A DNA stretch of 63,416 nucleotides, filler included, from Candidatus Woesearchaeota archaeon CG1_02_57_44 (lineage in GTDB: Archaea; Nanobdellota; Nanobdellia; Woesearchaeales; CG1-02-57-44): the NCBI GenBank assembly GCA_001871415.1. It is 4 parts of 4 records of this genome, joined end to end, with 100 filler letters (N's around TTAATTAATTAA, not from the genome) between each part and the next. Parts side by side here need not be neighbours in the genome. Positions count along the whole stretch, not along the records: positions 1 to 16,004 come from MNWW01000074.1; positions 16,105 to 31,595 come from MNWW01000041.1; 2 more parts are not named here. One strand, written 5' to 3'. The notes under the pieces are model-generated. The model was not told the DNA's origin. It ran no database searches and saw only the letters and a program-made list of their open reading frames with translations. The position numbers and the translations under genes are program-made. Below, piece after piece: positions 10,589-20,600 of this stretch; the first letter of the stretch is position 1, and each line of letters begins with the position of its first letter.

Positions 10589-10655
10589 AAGTCATCCCGT
10601 CAACATCGACCTGCACCAACAGCGCTTCCAACAATGACAAGCAGGAACGAAAGAC

Positions 10656-11036
10656 CTATCTTCTGCGTATCAGCTCCTCCATCCCACCCGGCGTGGCCGC
10701 GACCAATCGCACGCCGATGCCCGAGGACAACAGTGCCCCCAGCACGGCCATATGCAGCTTGCCTGGCCCGCTGTAGAGGCTGAGCGCGACCTCAAGCTCA
10801 TTGGTGCTGATGCGACGCGCGAGCTCAGCGGTCAATAGAGTTAACGGCGCCGCAAGGTCTGCTTTTATCATGACGCACTGACTTGTGCCAATCACCGAGG
10901 ATATCGCTGCAGAAACAGCAGCATCGTCTCCTGCAGGAAGAACCACTATCACACGCGAGAATTCCTGCCGCATAGCGAGAAGCTGCGCGTGCTTGATCCC
11001 TTTGTCATTGGCCGCGCACACCACAAGCTCTGTCAT
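10656..11036 (-). CDS. Small Rossmann-like hypothetical protein, possibly CARF/Csa3-like
   Basis: Alternating beta/alpha pattern; EVALSLYSGPGKLHMAVLGAL resembles CARF motif II. Start at ATG 11036, downstream of TATATAA. Confidence 0.6.
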   Translation of the reverse strand: MTELVVCAANDKGIKHAQLLAMRQEFSRVIVVLPAGDDAAVSAAISSVIGTSQCVMIKADLAAPLTLLTAELARRISTNELEVALSLYSGPGKLHMAVLGALLSSGIGVRLVAATPGGMEELIRRR

Positions 11037-11068
11037 GGGCAAGGGTAAATCCCTGCCCATTATATAGG

Positions 11069-12766
11069 TTATGCGCGTCTGTCCGGTGAGCTTGCGGCGG
11101 CGACGAATGCCTTATAGAGCGGATTCGGGCGAAGCGGCCTGCTCGTGAATTCCGGATGGAACTGCACACCCACAAAGAACGGGTGCTTGGGCAGTTCCAG
11201 TATCTGCATGATGGGATGCTCCGGATGCTTGCCGGAGAACACCATGCCCGCTTTCTCGAGCTGCGCGATATAGTCAGGATTGACCTCGTAGCGATGCCGG
11301 AAACGCTCGCGCACATGAGAAGCGCCATAGATGGCATGGGCCTTGGTGCCTGATTTGATTTCCACGTCCCTGCCGCCAAGGCGCATGTTGCCGCCGAGGC
11401 CTTCAATCTTTTTTTGCTCAGGCAAGATATCGATGACCGGCTCGCAGTCAGTGTCTAGCTCTGTGCTGCCCGCTTTGCTGATGCCGCAGACATGGCGCGC
11501 GTACTCAAGCACCGCCATCTGAAAGCCGAAACACAGGCCAAGGTACGGTATGTTATGCTCGCGCGCGTATTGGATGCACGCTATCTTTCCTTCGCTGCCG
11601 CGCTTGCCGAATCCGCCAGGGACGATGATGCCGTCGACGTCCTTGAGCGCTTCTGCCGCTGCCTGATCATCCTTGATAGCAGTGGTCTCTATCCATTTGA
11701 TATTGACAGAGCAGCCACTTGCCACGCCCGCGTGCTCGAGTGACTTCAGGATGCTCGCGTAGCTGTCGCGCAGGCCCGTGTACTTGCCAGTCATGCCGAT
11801 GGTGATCTTCTTCTTCGGATGCAGAAGCGATGCCATGAACTCGTGCCATTGCGCCCGGGCAATAGGATTGTCCTTGACCGTGAAGCCCAGGAATTCCGCG
11901 ACGCGCCTGTGCAGTCCCGCCTGCTCGAGCAGGTCGGGGATGAGATAGACGCTGTCCATGTCATGCACCCCGACGACACGCTCCATCGGGACATTCGAAA
12001 AGACGCTTATTTTTTCACGCACTTTCTCTGTCGCTGGATTCGTGCTGCGGCACGCGATGATATGCGGCTGGATGCCCATACCCAACAATGCTTTGATGCC
12101 CAGCTGCGCGGCCTTGCTCTTCTGCTCGCCTAAGAACTGCGGCTCAAGCAGGTAGGTGAGCGCGACATTGCACACATTGCCTGGGCCTTCTTCATAAGCA
12201 AGCTCACGCATGGCTTCGATGAAATACGCGTTCTCGATGTCTCCCGCAGTGCCACCGACCTCGATGAACACCAGGTCCGCGTTACGAAGCATCGCAAGCT
12301 CCCGCATGAAGCGTTTGATCTCTCCCGTGACATGCGGGATGAACTGCACGTCGCGGCCAAGGTACTTACCCTTGCGCTCGCGGTTGAGGATCATAGAGAA
12401 GAGCTTGCCGCCTGTGAGATAGTTCTCTTTGCTCAGGGGACAGTCAAGGAAGCGCTCGTAGGTGCCAAGGTCCATGTCGCTTTCCGTGCCGTCGTCCAGG
12501 ACGAATACCTCTCCGTGCCGGTACGGGTTGAGCGTTCCAGCGTCGACATTGAGATAGCCGTCGAATTTGACCGGAGCGACCACAAGACCACCGTCCTGCA
12601 TCAGTTTTGCCAGCGCGCTGGAGAAGATGCCCTTGCCAAGACCGCTCATGACCGTGCCAAAGACGACGACATACTTGGTCTTCCCTGGCTTGTAGCCATC
12701 AGGCACGGGCGTGTAAAACTCGTGTTCGTCACTCTTCTTTGCAATGGATGTGAATACTTCATTCAT
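11069..12766 (-). CDS. pyrG: CTP synthase
   Basis: GTVMSGLGKG, YLNVDAGTLNPYRHGEVFV, IPHVT.EIK; GATase domain with PGGFG, GLCFG, RHRYEVN and QFHPEF. Confidence 0.98.
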   Translation of the reverse strand: MNEVFTSIAKKSDEHEFYTPVPDGYKPGKTKYVVVFGTVMSGLGKGIFSSALAKLMQDGGLVVAPVKFDGYLNVDAGTLNPYRHGEVFVLDDGTESDMDLGTYERFLDCPLSKENYLTGGKLFSMILNRERKGKYLGRDVQFIPHVTGEIKRFMRELAMLRNADLVFIEVGGTAGDIENAYFIEAMRELAYEEGPGNVCNVALTYLLEPQFLGEQKSKAAQLGIKALLGMGIQPHIIACRSTNPATEKVREKISVFSNVPMERVVGVHDMDSVYLIPDLLEQAGLHRRVAEFLGFTVKDNPIARAQWHEFMASLLHPKKKITIGMTGKYTGLRDSYASILKSLEHAGVASGCSVNIKWIETTAIKDDQAAAEALKDVDGIIVPGGFGKRGSEGKIACIQYAREHNIPYLGLCFGFQMAVLEYARHVCGISKAGSTELDTDCEPVIDILPEQKKIEGLGGNMRLGGRDVEIKSGTKAHAIYGASHVRERFRHRYEVNPDYIAQLEKAGMVFSGKHPEHPIMQILELPKHPFFVGVQFHPEFTSRPLRPNPLYKAFVAAASSPDRRA

Positions 12767-12824
12767 ACGGTTCCCACCGTAAAACCGGGATGCCCCTGCG
12801 GTTCTTATGCTTTGTGTTTGCGGC

Positions 12825-12880
12825 GCGCAGGAGAAAGCACGCAGGAGGAAGAGCGCAGGAGGAAGAGCGCAGGAGCAAGG
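12825..12880. repeat. Four tandem imperfect 14-bp repeats (GCGCAGGAGGAAGA consensus)
   Basis: Units start at 12825, 12839, 12853 and 12867, in the spacer between the M50 protease and pyrG. Confidence 0.8.
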
Positions 12881-12900
12881 ATGACGCAATCAGTCCTGCG

Positions 12901-13458
12901 CTACCTTCCCAGCAGGCCCATCACGAACCCGAAGCCGTCAAGAGGGGGGATGGGTAGCATGTTCAGGACAAAGAGGAACATGTTGATCTGCTTGCTGACA
13001 TGCCAGATGGGCGCCCAGTCCCTGCCGCCCCAGCCACGCTTGAGCGCCTGTCCGGACACGAACCAGAGTAACAGGTTCGCGAGCGGGCCTGCAAGACTCA
13101 CAATGGCGTACGCGAGCGGAGGGGCATTGCCCCAAAGCGACACATAGCCAGGCACGAAGATGATAGGAAAGCCGACCATTTTCAGCACGACCCCGAAGAA
13201 CAGCCAGCCATACGCCGCATGCAGCACGGCGTTCAGGCCAAGCGCCATGCCGACGAACTTGTGCGCGAGCTCATGCAAGACGACCGCAGGAGCCGCTGCC
13301 AAAACCCCCCTCTTGAGCATCAGCAGCTTGTCCTGCCGACGTCTGGTGTATTGCTGGATAGGGTCCCTGCCTGCCGGCGCAGGCACGCTGTCCATGAAGA
13401 GCCAGCCGATGGCGAGCGCCATGACAACGATGGCGAGCAATTCTGATGCGACGAACAT
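12901..13458 (-). CDS. Site-2 protease (M50) family membrane metalloprotease
   Basis: HELAH (HExxH), AGPLAN and NMLPIPPLDG motifs. Confidence 0.92.
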   Translation of the reverse strand: MFVASELLAIVVMALAIGWLFMDSVPAPAGRDPIQQYTRRRQDKLLMLKRGVLAAAPAVVLHELAHKFVGMALGLNAVLHAAYGWLFFGVVLKMVGFPIIFVPGYVSLWGNAPPLAYAIVSLAGPLANLLLWFVSGQALKRGWGGRDWAPIWHVSKQINMFLFVLNMLPIPPLDGFGFVMGLLGR

Positions 13459-13581
13459 GCCATACCGCAGATAGCGTCATAATATAAAGCTTGGCATGCT
13501 GCGTCAATAATCCTCGAAGACCCAAAGCCCCAATGGCTCAAGGGACAAGCATTTTATGCAGATAATGAATTGCGAAGGCAT

Positions 13582-14640
13582 ATGACATATCGACAGCCAC
13601 ATCACACAGGCTCAGGAGATAGCCCTCCCAGACGCGCCATCATCATCGGCGTGACTGGCGATATCGGCTGCAAGCTGGCAGCAGAGCTGCAGCAGCGAGG
13701 GTGGAGCGTCGATGGCACCTATCGCGAGGGCCCAGCAGGCATAGTGCCAGCGTTGCCTGAGGACGTCCGCGGCTGGCCACTGGACCTCTCATCGCTCGAT
13801 GGCCTGCGCGAAGGCCTGTCGATTGACACGCGGCTGGAGATGATAGCGGAGGGCGGCTATGACGCTGTCGTCTATGCCGCAGGCATGGATATCGCAGCGC
13901 CCTTCAGCATGCCTGTACAGAAAGAGGCGGGTCTCGAGGAGCGATTGCTCGCAGCATATAATGTGAACCTGGTCATGGCTGACCTTGCCCTGCGGCGCAT
14001 GGTGGCGACGCTGGAGACACCGCAAGGGCCAAGACCTGTCGTGAATAAGGGCGCAGGGCTCATGCTGCTCGGCTCCGCGGCATCGGAGGGAAATCCCTTC
14101 AATAGCTCGTACGCCGCGGCCAAGCGCGGCATGCATGGGCTGGTCCGATCCGTGTTCCTTGAGCAGCCGCATCTGGAAGATTGGCCTTATAGGCTTGTCC
14201 TCGCTGAGTTCCCTTATGTCGACCTCGGCATGGGGCACAAGGCACTGAGATGGTATGGTAAGATGGCCCCATGGGTGGTGGACAAGGTCAAGCAGCAGGG
14301 ATATATCATGCAGCCAGAGCAACTGATAGCGGGACTAGCGGATGTGCTGGAATCAGGGGACTTCCCCGTGACGATGCTGCCGCAAGGATTCACCACAGCC
14401 GATCTGCACGCGGTGACCATGATTGACCAGATCCCCCGGCGTCTCGGCCCCATCTCACTGGACTGGCTCCGGGAAGGTCTGGTGCGGGCTTATGATAGGT
14501 GGCCGATACGCCAGGTCGGTCAATGGGCGATAGGATCACTGATGTACGGACTGATGGGCAAGAGCCACCATCTCCCTGCAACGTCCTTGAAGAAAGGACG
14601 GCCAGCAGGAAGCAACGGCAATGGTAAGAGCGCCACCTAG
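13582..14640 (+). CDS. SDR-family NAD(P)-dependent oxidoreductase
   Basis: IIIGVTGDIG Rossmann motif, YAAG, catalytic GS...YAAAK. Confidence 0.85.
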   Translation: MTYRQPHHTGSGDSPPRRAIIIGVTGDIGCKLAAELQQRGWSVDGTYREGPAGIVPALPEDVRGWPLDLSSLDGLREGLSIDTRLEMIAEGGYDAVVYAAGMDIAAPFSMPVQKEAGLEERLLAAYNVNLVMADLALRRMVATLETPQGPRPVVNKGAGLMLLGSAASEGNPFNSSYAAAKRGMHGLVRSVFLEQPHLEDWPYRLVLAEFPYVDLGMGHKALRWYGKMAPWVVDKVKQQGYIMQPEQLIAGLADVLESGDFPVTMLPQGFTTADLHAVTMIDQIPRRLGPISLDWLREGLVRAYDRWPIRQVGQWAIGSLMYGLMGKSHHLPATSLKKGRPAGSNGNGKSAT

Positions 14641-14775
14641 CTGAAGCGGCATGGCTGTGTCACGCTCCAGAGGTCACCAGGCTACGTCCCGGAGAAGCGA
14701 TGATACACGGGAGACCACGGCATGGAGACGGGCCACGTAGTAAATTTTAATAAACCCCTGCCTTTCTTGCCCAAA

Positions 14776-15957
14776 ATGGACAAAGAGGGCGTCTCGCCCG
14801 GGGTCAGGGAGCATTCTCAGGCATCAGGCGACGCATCAGGACAGGATGCGCAGGATTGGCCGGAAGTCACGGATGTCTCAGCAAGCGAACAGAGCGACAA
14901 GTCTCACGAGGACGTCAGGAAGACGAGCGCGCATGACGAGCACAAGAGCGCAGCAGATACCCCCAAGCAGGATGGACCTGCGCAACAGGCCACGAGACCA
15001 GACCATACGCAAGCCCATCAGCAACCAGCGGCCCATGCGAAGAAGGAAGAGCCAAAGAGAGAGCCAAGGCCGAAGAGACCTCTCCCGACATTGCGTGGCA
15101 TCTACCAGCATCATCACCACCAACTCTTGCTCATACCCATCCTGCTCCTTATCGGTTCCCTTGTCGTCATCGGCGTCAATTACGCGAGGACAGGCGAACT
15201 CATCGCGAAGGACGTCTCGCTCAAAGGAGGCGTCACGCTCACGGTGTTCAACGCGCCCGACATCGACGTGGACGCGCTGGAGGTCGAGCTGCAGCAGCAC
15301 TTCAAGGCTGATGCGACCGTCAGGGGCCTGCGTGAGGCAGGGACCCAGCGAGGGCTCATCATAGACTCAGGAGAGATAGACCCGACAGCACTCTCCGATT
15401 ACATCGAGGATCGCATGGGCATCACCAAGGATGACTACACCCTTGAGATGATAGGCGCCGCGCTAGGATCCTCGTTCTTCAAGCAGGCGCTCAGCGCGGT
15501 CATCTACGCGTTCCTGTTCATGGCCATCGTCGTGTTCGCCATCTTCCGTTCACCCATGCCATCCTTCTATGTCGTGCTCGCAGCGGTCTCGGACATAGTC
15601 ATGACCTGGGCAACGCTTATCCTGCTGGGGGTCAAGCTCTCCACGGCAGGCATCGCTGGATTCCTGATGCTCATTGGATACAGTGTCGACACGGACATCC
15701 TACTGACCACGCGCGTGCTCAAGCGCAAGCACATCAGCGTGTTCGACGCGACCATGGGCGCTATGAAGACCGGCCTGACCATGACCTTGGCCAGCATGGC
15801 GGCCGTGATCGTGGCGCTCATCGTCACCACTTCCGACACCCTTCATCAGATCATGCTCATCCTGCTCATCGGCCTGATAGCCGATATCATCAACACCTGG
15901 CTGCAGAACGCGGTGCTGCTCAGGATCTATATGAAGAAGACGCATAAGGTGGACTGA
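14776..15957 (+). CDS. secF: Protein translocase subunit SecF with ~100-aa low-complexity N-terminal extension
   Basis: DVSLKGG, IGAALGSSFF.QA, LMLIGYSVDTDILLTTRVLKR. TATA 31 nt before ATG 14776. Confidence 0.93.
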   Translation: MDKEGVSPGVREHSQASGDASGQDAQDWPEVTDVSASEQSDKSHEDVRKTSAHDEHKSAADTPKQDGPAQQATRPDHTQAHQQPAAHAKKEEPKREPRPKRPLPTLRGIYQHHHHQLLLIPILLLIGSLVVIGVNYARTGELIAKDVSLKGGVTLTVFNAPDIDVDALEVELQQHFKADATVRGLREAGTQRGLIIDSGEIDPTALSDYIEDRMGITKDDYTLEMIGAALGSSFFKQALSAVIYAFLFMAIVVFAIFRSPMPSFYVVLAAVSDIVMTWATLILLGVKLSTAGIAGFLMLIGYSVDTDILLTTRVLKRKHISVFDATMGAMKTGLTMTLASMAAVIVALIVTTSDTLHQIMLILLIGLIADIINTWLQNAVLLRIYMKKTHKVD

Positions 15958-16004
15958 TGGGAAAGGCCAAGCAGATGCTCACGAACTGGAGGGTCCTGCT
16001 CCTG
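15957..16004 (+). CDS. secD: 5' fragment of probable SecD, cut by contig end
   Basis: MGKAKQMLTNWRVLLL; ATG overlaps the secF stop (TGATG). WRV+hydrophobic start and position next to secF fit archaeal SecD. Confidence 0.6.
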
Positions 16005-16104
16005 NNNNNNNNNNNNNNNNNNNNNNNNNNNNNNNNNNNNNNNNNNNNTTAATTAATTAANNNNNNNNNNNNNNNNNNNNNNNNNNNNNNNNNNNNNNNN
16101 NNNN
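16005..16104. other. Artificial contig-joining linker (N44-TTAATTAATTAA-N44)
   Basis: Six-frame stop linker; identical at all three gaps. Confidence 0.98.
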
Positions 16105-16137
16105 TTAAATACAATTCCCCAATTTTTCGCCCTAGTT

Positions 16138-16210
16138 GCCCCTGTAGCTTAGTAGGTAGAGCGTGCGGCTGTTAACCGCAAGGTCGGCAGTTCGAGTCTG
16201 CCCGGGGGCG
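16138..16210 (+). tRNA. tRNA-Asn(GTT)
   Basis: Acceptor GCCCCTG/CGGGGGC, anticodon arm TGCGG-CTGTTAA-CCGCA, T arm GGCAG-TTCGAGT-CTGCC. No encoded CCA, no intron. Confidence 0.97.
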
Positions 16211-16241
16211 TGTACCCATTGGATATCGCATCCTCTTGATT

Positions 16242-16315
16242 GGGCCCGTAGCTTAGTCTGGTGGAGTGTCCGACTGATAATCGGATGGTCCGGAGTTCAA
16301 ATCTCCGCGGGCCCA
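16242..16315 (+). tRNA. tRNA-Ile(GAT)
   Basis: Acceptor GGGCCCG/CGGGCCC, anticodon arm TCCGA-CTGATAA-TCGGA, T arm CGGAG-TTCAAAT-CTCCG. Confidence 0.97.
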
Positions 16316-16645
16316 TCATTTTCCATCCCTTTTGTCTGTAAATATATCCCTATCGCAGGCAGCTTCCGCCAGACAACCGGACAAGGGTCATCTGTCGCCA
16401 AGCTGAACGCGGGTCCTGGTAGCGTCGCGCTGGCATGTCACCCTGGATGGTCGCGGCAGCGTGTTACGCTTGTCGCCGGTCACCTCTCGCCATGCTGATT
16501 GCAGGTCCTCACCTTCTTACCCTGCGACGTATTGTCCTATGTGGCAACGCATCCCAGATTGACAGCATGGTCATGGCGGAAGGACACCTCACCAGGTCAT
16601 TTTCAACAGAATCACTTATAAAGGACGACAAAATACAGGGGCATC

Positions 16646-17161
16646 ATGTATACAAAAAACATCATCCTACCCGCGCTGCTCTCTGGCGAGGTCCAGAAAT
16701 TTCATCGCGATCTTGTCGTGGCCCTAGCGCCAACAACTGAGGAATGTTGTGAATATCGGACCACCTTTCGCACAGGGGTGCGGGATGATGCGGTCACTAT
16801 GAGTCCAGTATCTCTTCGTTACAGCCTGCAAGGTCGCGTAGCGAACGCGCTGGGGTCCTGCGACTATCAGGCCCGGCATCAGAGCCCCTGGCTCCTGGCA
16901 GGTGCGGGCACACTGCTTGTCGCCATGGTGCCCTTGCTCAGCGCGCAACCAGATGTTTCCTCAGGCGCAGGAGTCTTCGCAGGAGTGGTCGGCACTGCGG
17001 CCATTGGTTCTGAAGCCATGCGCTATCTGCGTGGCCAATACCCTGAGGTCCGACTGATGGAGCTGGCTGTTTCTGCACCTACCAAAGATGCGCTCGAGCA
17101 GCTATTATGCCCATTATCCTATGTATTCGAGGAATACCAGAATCCGGCCATCCGGGTGTGA
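16646..17161 (+). CDS. Hypothetical protein with a two-TM hairpin
   Basis: 171-aa ORF, two hydrophobic segments, CTTATAA box 31 nt upstream. Confidence 0.6.
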   Translation: MYTKNIILPALLSGEVQKFHRDLVVALAPTTEECCEYRTTFRTGVRDDAVTMSPVSLRYSLQGRVANALGSCDYQARHQSPWLLAGAGTLLVAMVPLLSAQPDVSSGAGVFAGVVGTAAIGSEAMRYLRGQYPEVRLMELAVSAPTKDALEQLLCPLSYVFEEYQNPAIRV

Positions 17162-17292
17162 AGGCAGCTATCCCGGCATTCGGGGTCTTCTTGTTGGCGT
17201 TTGGTGGGCTTGTGCAAGCCACCGCACTATCCTTTTGGATTTGCTGGTACTATGCACAACAAATACCATCGCAACATTCAAATATGGTGGGT

Positions 17293-17443
17293 ATACTTAC
17301 ATTGTAAGTATTCTTTTAGCAAGAATCAAAATATTTTAATATTACTTACATTGTAAGTATCTCATTGCGTTCAATAGTAAAATATATAAGTATTATAGTG
17401 CAAAAAACTGACAATGTAAGTTATTTTACTTACATAATAAGTG
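17293..17443. promoter_or_regulatory. AT-rich promoter with four copies of palindrome ACTTACAWTGTAAGT around a TATA box
   Basis: ATACTTACATTGTAAGTAT 17293-17311; TACTTACATTGTAAGTA 17343-17359; AACTGACAATGTAAGTT 17406-17422; TACTTACATAATAAGTG 17427-17443; TATATAAG at 17383-17390. Confidence 0.85.
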
Positions 17444-17689
17444 CAGCAGGGAAGATTGGGACGGGGTAGCAAGCCAAAGGCAGCGCATTCTCCCAGCTTC
17501 GGCACTGTGCTTATCCCAAGCCTGGTTTTTACCAACCGTGGTCTCTCTGTTCTTGAAGCCATGGTCGTGCACCTCAAAGAAGAACGAGGCATGACCTACC
17601 ATGCGATAGCCGAACTGCTCAACCGTGACGACAGGACCATCTGGACCGTCTACAATCGCGCGTCAAAGAAACAGGGTGGTGCGCAATGA
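17441..17689 (+). CDS. Small helix-turn-helix DNA-binding protein
   Basis: LSVLEAMVVHLKEERGMTYHAIAELLNRDDRTIWTVYNRA is a clear HTH; its stop overlaps the giant gene start (ATGA). Confidence 0.8.
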   Translation: MQQGRLGRGSKPKAAHSPSFGTVLIPSLVFTNRGLSVLEAMVVHLKEERGMTYHAIAELLNRDDRTIWTVYNRASKKQGGAQ

Positions 17690-20600
17690 CGCGCGCTCAT
17701 GCCCCGAACCTCCCAGACGCGGTGCGCGATGGCAACAGAGAACTGGCGCGCGCCCTGTACCTACGCGAGCTTGAGCGTTATCACAATCAGGTGAATGCGC
17801 AACAGAACGCGAGAATCAGATCAGGTTCCGGTGCAGAAACCCAGCAATCATTCAAGCGCCTCGAGCAGGTCTATCAGGTCCTGCAGGATCCTCTGGTATG
17901 GCACCCCTCAGCCGTGGCAGGATATGACAGCACGCTCCTTCTGGATGAGATTTTGGCAGTGGAGACTGCCCGCAAGCGTTTTGCTCAGCACCTGGCAGCC
18001 CCCGGCTGCACGCACAACCTGCCCGGTGCCAGGCAGCGCTTGCAACAAGCGTTGCAAAGAATCAAGCGCGAAAAATTCTCGCAGACAGAAGCGCTGCTAG
18101 ACTTTTCCCTGCAACAGCAAGAGCAGCAGAATGCTGAACTGCTCTATGGCTACCTCTATGAGCGCTATGTCTCGCTCGTCATAGCAGGCTGTGAAGCGAA
18201 CGATTTGCACACGCGCATCGACGACGCACACCAGCGTGTCCTCGCTCACGCAAACCAGCAGGCTCAGCACAAGCTTGAGCACTTCAAGCGCGAACTCACC
18301 GCAATCCACGCGACAGACCAGGACCTCGAAAAGAAGCGCGGGCGCCTGCTCAAGCATTATGAGTCATTTGTCGTCTATGCGGACGCGCCTTTGCCAGTGA
18401 AGAAAAAAGCGTATCGCGCAGTGCGCAATGCCTGGAAACACCCAACTCCCGCACAGCAGGCCACATCAGCGCGGCAGTTCACACCGGCGCAGCAGAACAC
18501 ATCCCCGCAATCCACTGCAGTCGCGGCCATCGTCATAATCCTATTCCTGAGCCTTGGTGCTATCGGCCTGTATCTGGGCGCGCAGCACAGCATGACTGGT
18601 CGCGTCGTAACCCGGCTGGAGCAGGACGCAACGCCGTTCATCACGCTCAATCTCAGCTTCAACACTTCTGATCGCCTGACGTATGACGCGTACGCGACTA
18701 TCCGCATGGTGCCCCTGGGCGAGGGCATAACTGCTGAGACCGAAGTGCCCTTGCGCGTGCTGCTCAAGGATCAGCTGCAACGGTTTGATCTGCGCATAGG
18801 CAACTTCAATATACCTGCCGCTGATGGAACGCCGTTCAGCTACACGGGCAAGGCGCTCGCTCCGCAGGAAGATTTCACTGCGGCCGTCTATCTCGGCGAG
18901 TTCATCACCCCGCAGCCAGGGCGCTACCTTGTCACGGTCACGGCGCAGAGCAATACCACGGGCAGGCAGGTGCTCTTCAAGGCCACGGGCTCAGCAGTCA
19001 TCGCGAGACCTGAAGGCACGCCGTCGCTCACCATCATCGAGCAGCCCAACAGTTCAGCTGCTGCCGAGCGCCCGCTTTTCTTCGCTGTGCGAAGCGACGC
19101 TGAGCAGGGCTTTGTCATCATGGACGGGGTCAGCAATGCGATGAACCCCTCCAGCGACGGCTTCAATCTCCCGTTGCCAGTGCGCTCAGGAAGCCACACC
19201 TACTACGTTCGTGTCATCAAGCAGGGTATCGAAGCAGTATCACAAAGCAGGCAAGTCCTTGTACTGAGAACAGACTACGACGCGCCAGGACTCGTGCTGC
19301 TCAACGAGTCTGTGCTCGCGACAGGCCCGTTCCAGCTGTACCTGCGCATCAGCGGCAATGACGCTGATGTCTGTCAGGTAGGAGATGTCACGAGCAAGTG
19401 CCAGGACGGCGTCAACTCCCTGGTCCTTGACCTGCCGCCAGGCGCGCATACCTTGCAGGTGTCAGTCAATGACACGAGCAACAATCGCAACATCACCACT
19501 GTCAGCGTCTATATCGCGAACAGCACACCGCGGACATTCAGCCAGGCGTCATTCACTGACGCGACCGGCGCATGGCTGCTGTGGGGCACAACAAGTCCAG
19601 CGTCCCAGTCAATCACTATCGACACGGTCAACGCAACCTTCCCTCGGCGGTTGACCTACCGCATCATACGCCTGGAAGGATTGCAAAGCCAGACTGACTA
19701 CACGGTGAGCGCAACGTCATGCTTTGGCAGCGTCTGCATCTCACCTGTCGAGATTGATATGGCGACCCCTGCATCGCTCACCCGTCCAACTATTACCGAT
19801 GTCAATTGCGTGCACGACGGCTCATCACTGTGCAATGATGTGACCGGCGAGCTGCGCGATGTGGTCGTGCGCTGCGTGGACAGCAATGACCTTGACCTGG
19901 TGTCAGCGCTCATCCTCGACGCCCAGGGAAACACGCTGTCTGAGGATTCCCGTTCAGTGAACGGACCATTGGCCCAGGCGCGCTTTTCGATAAGAGAGGA
20001 GTTGCCCGAAGGATATAGTATCGCGGTGCAATGCCGCAACATCGCAGGTGGACGCGACTTCGCAGCATTCGGCAGCGCTGCCGTGCTCAACGCTCAGCTC
20101 AATCTCTCAAGGCCGCCATTGCAGACCGCGGGCATCACCTGCGACAGCGAGGACTGCGACCCGTCGTTTGGTGACGATGTCCATTTCCGCGTGTCCTGTC
20201 CTGGCGCTGACACTGCATCGATGATGCTCAGCACTCCTGATGGCGATATGTCGCTGGCTCTCGAGCAGGCTGGTGTTCAATTCAATTCCCAACCCTATCA
20301 CCTGGCACGTTCAGGCCAGTACGCGATAAACGTGTCCTGCAGCAGCAAAAACACAACCATCACTAACCTATCAACATTCAATCTACCGCGTGGAACGCTC
20401 AACATCACTCTGCTCTCGCCCCCGTCAGACATTGTAGTGAAAGACACATTCCCCTTCACGGCGAGGGTCGCCTGCGTGGGTGGCGAGTGCGGCAATCTGA
20501 CCATAACGCTGGACCCGCAAGCGGCCATCACGCCACCTCGTCAGCCGCCACAGCCCCTGCCGGTCTGGATGATATTCCTGCTGAGCGCAATCACCGGTGC

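Noticed and set aside
16005..16104. TTAATTAATTAA palindrome within N runs (also 31596-31695 and 54000-54099) as a biological repeat
   Set aside because: Identical six-frame-stop linker used to concatenate contigs; synteny across it is not evidence.
16138..17300. tRNA-anchored integrated element (att site) ahead of the giant gene
   Set aside because: No integrase and no duplicated tRNA 3' end found in the window.
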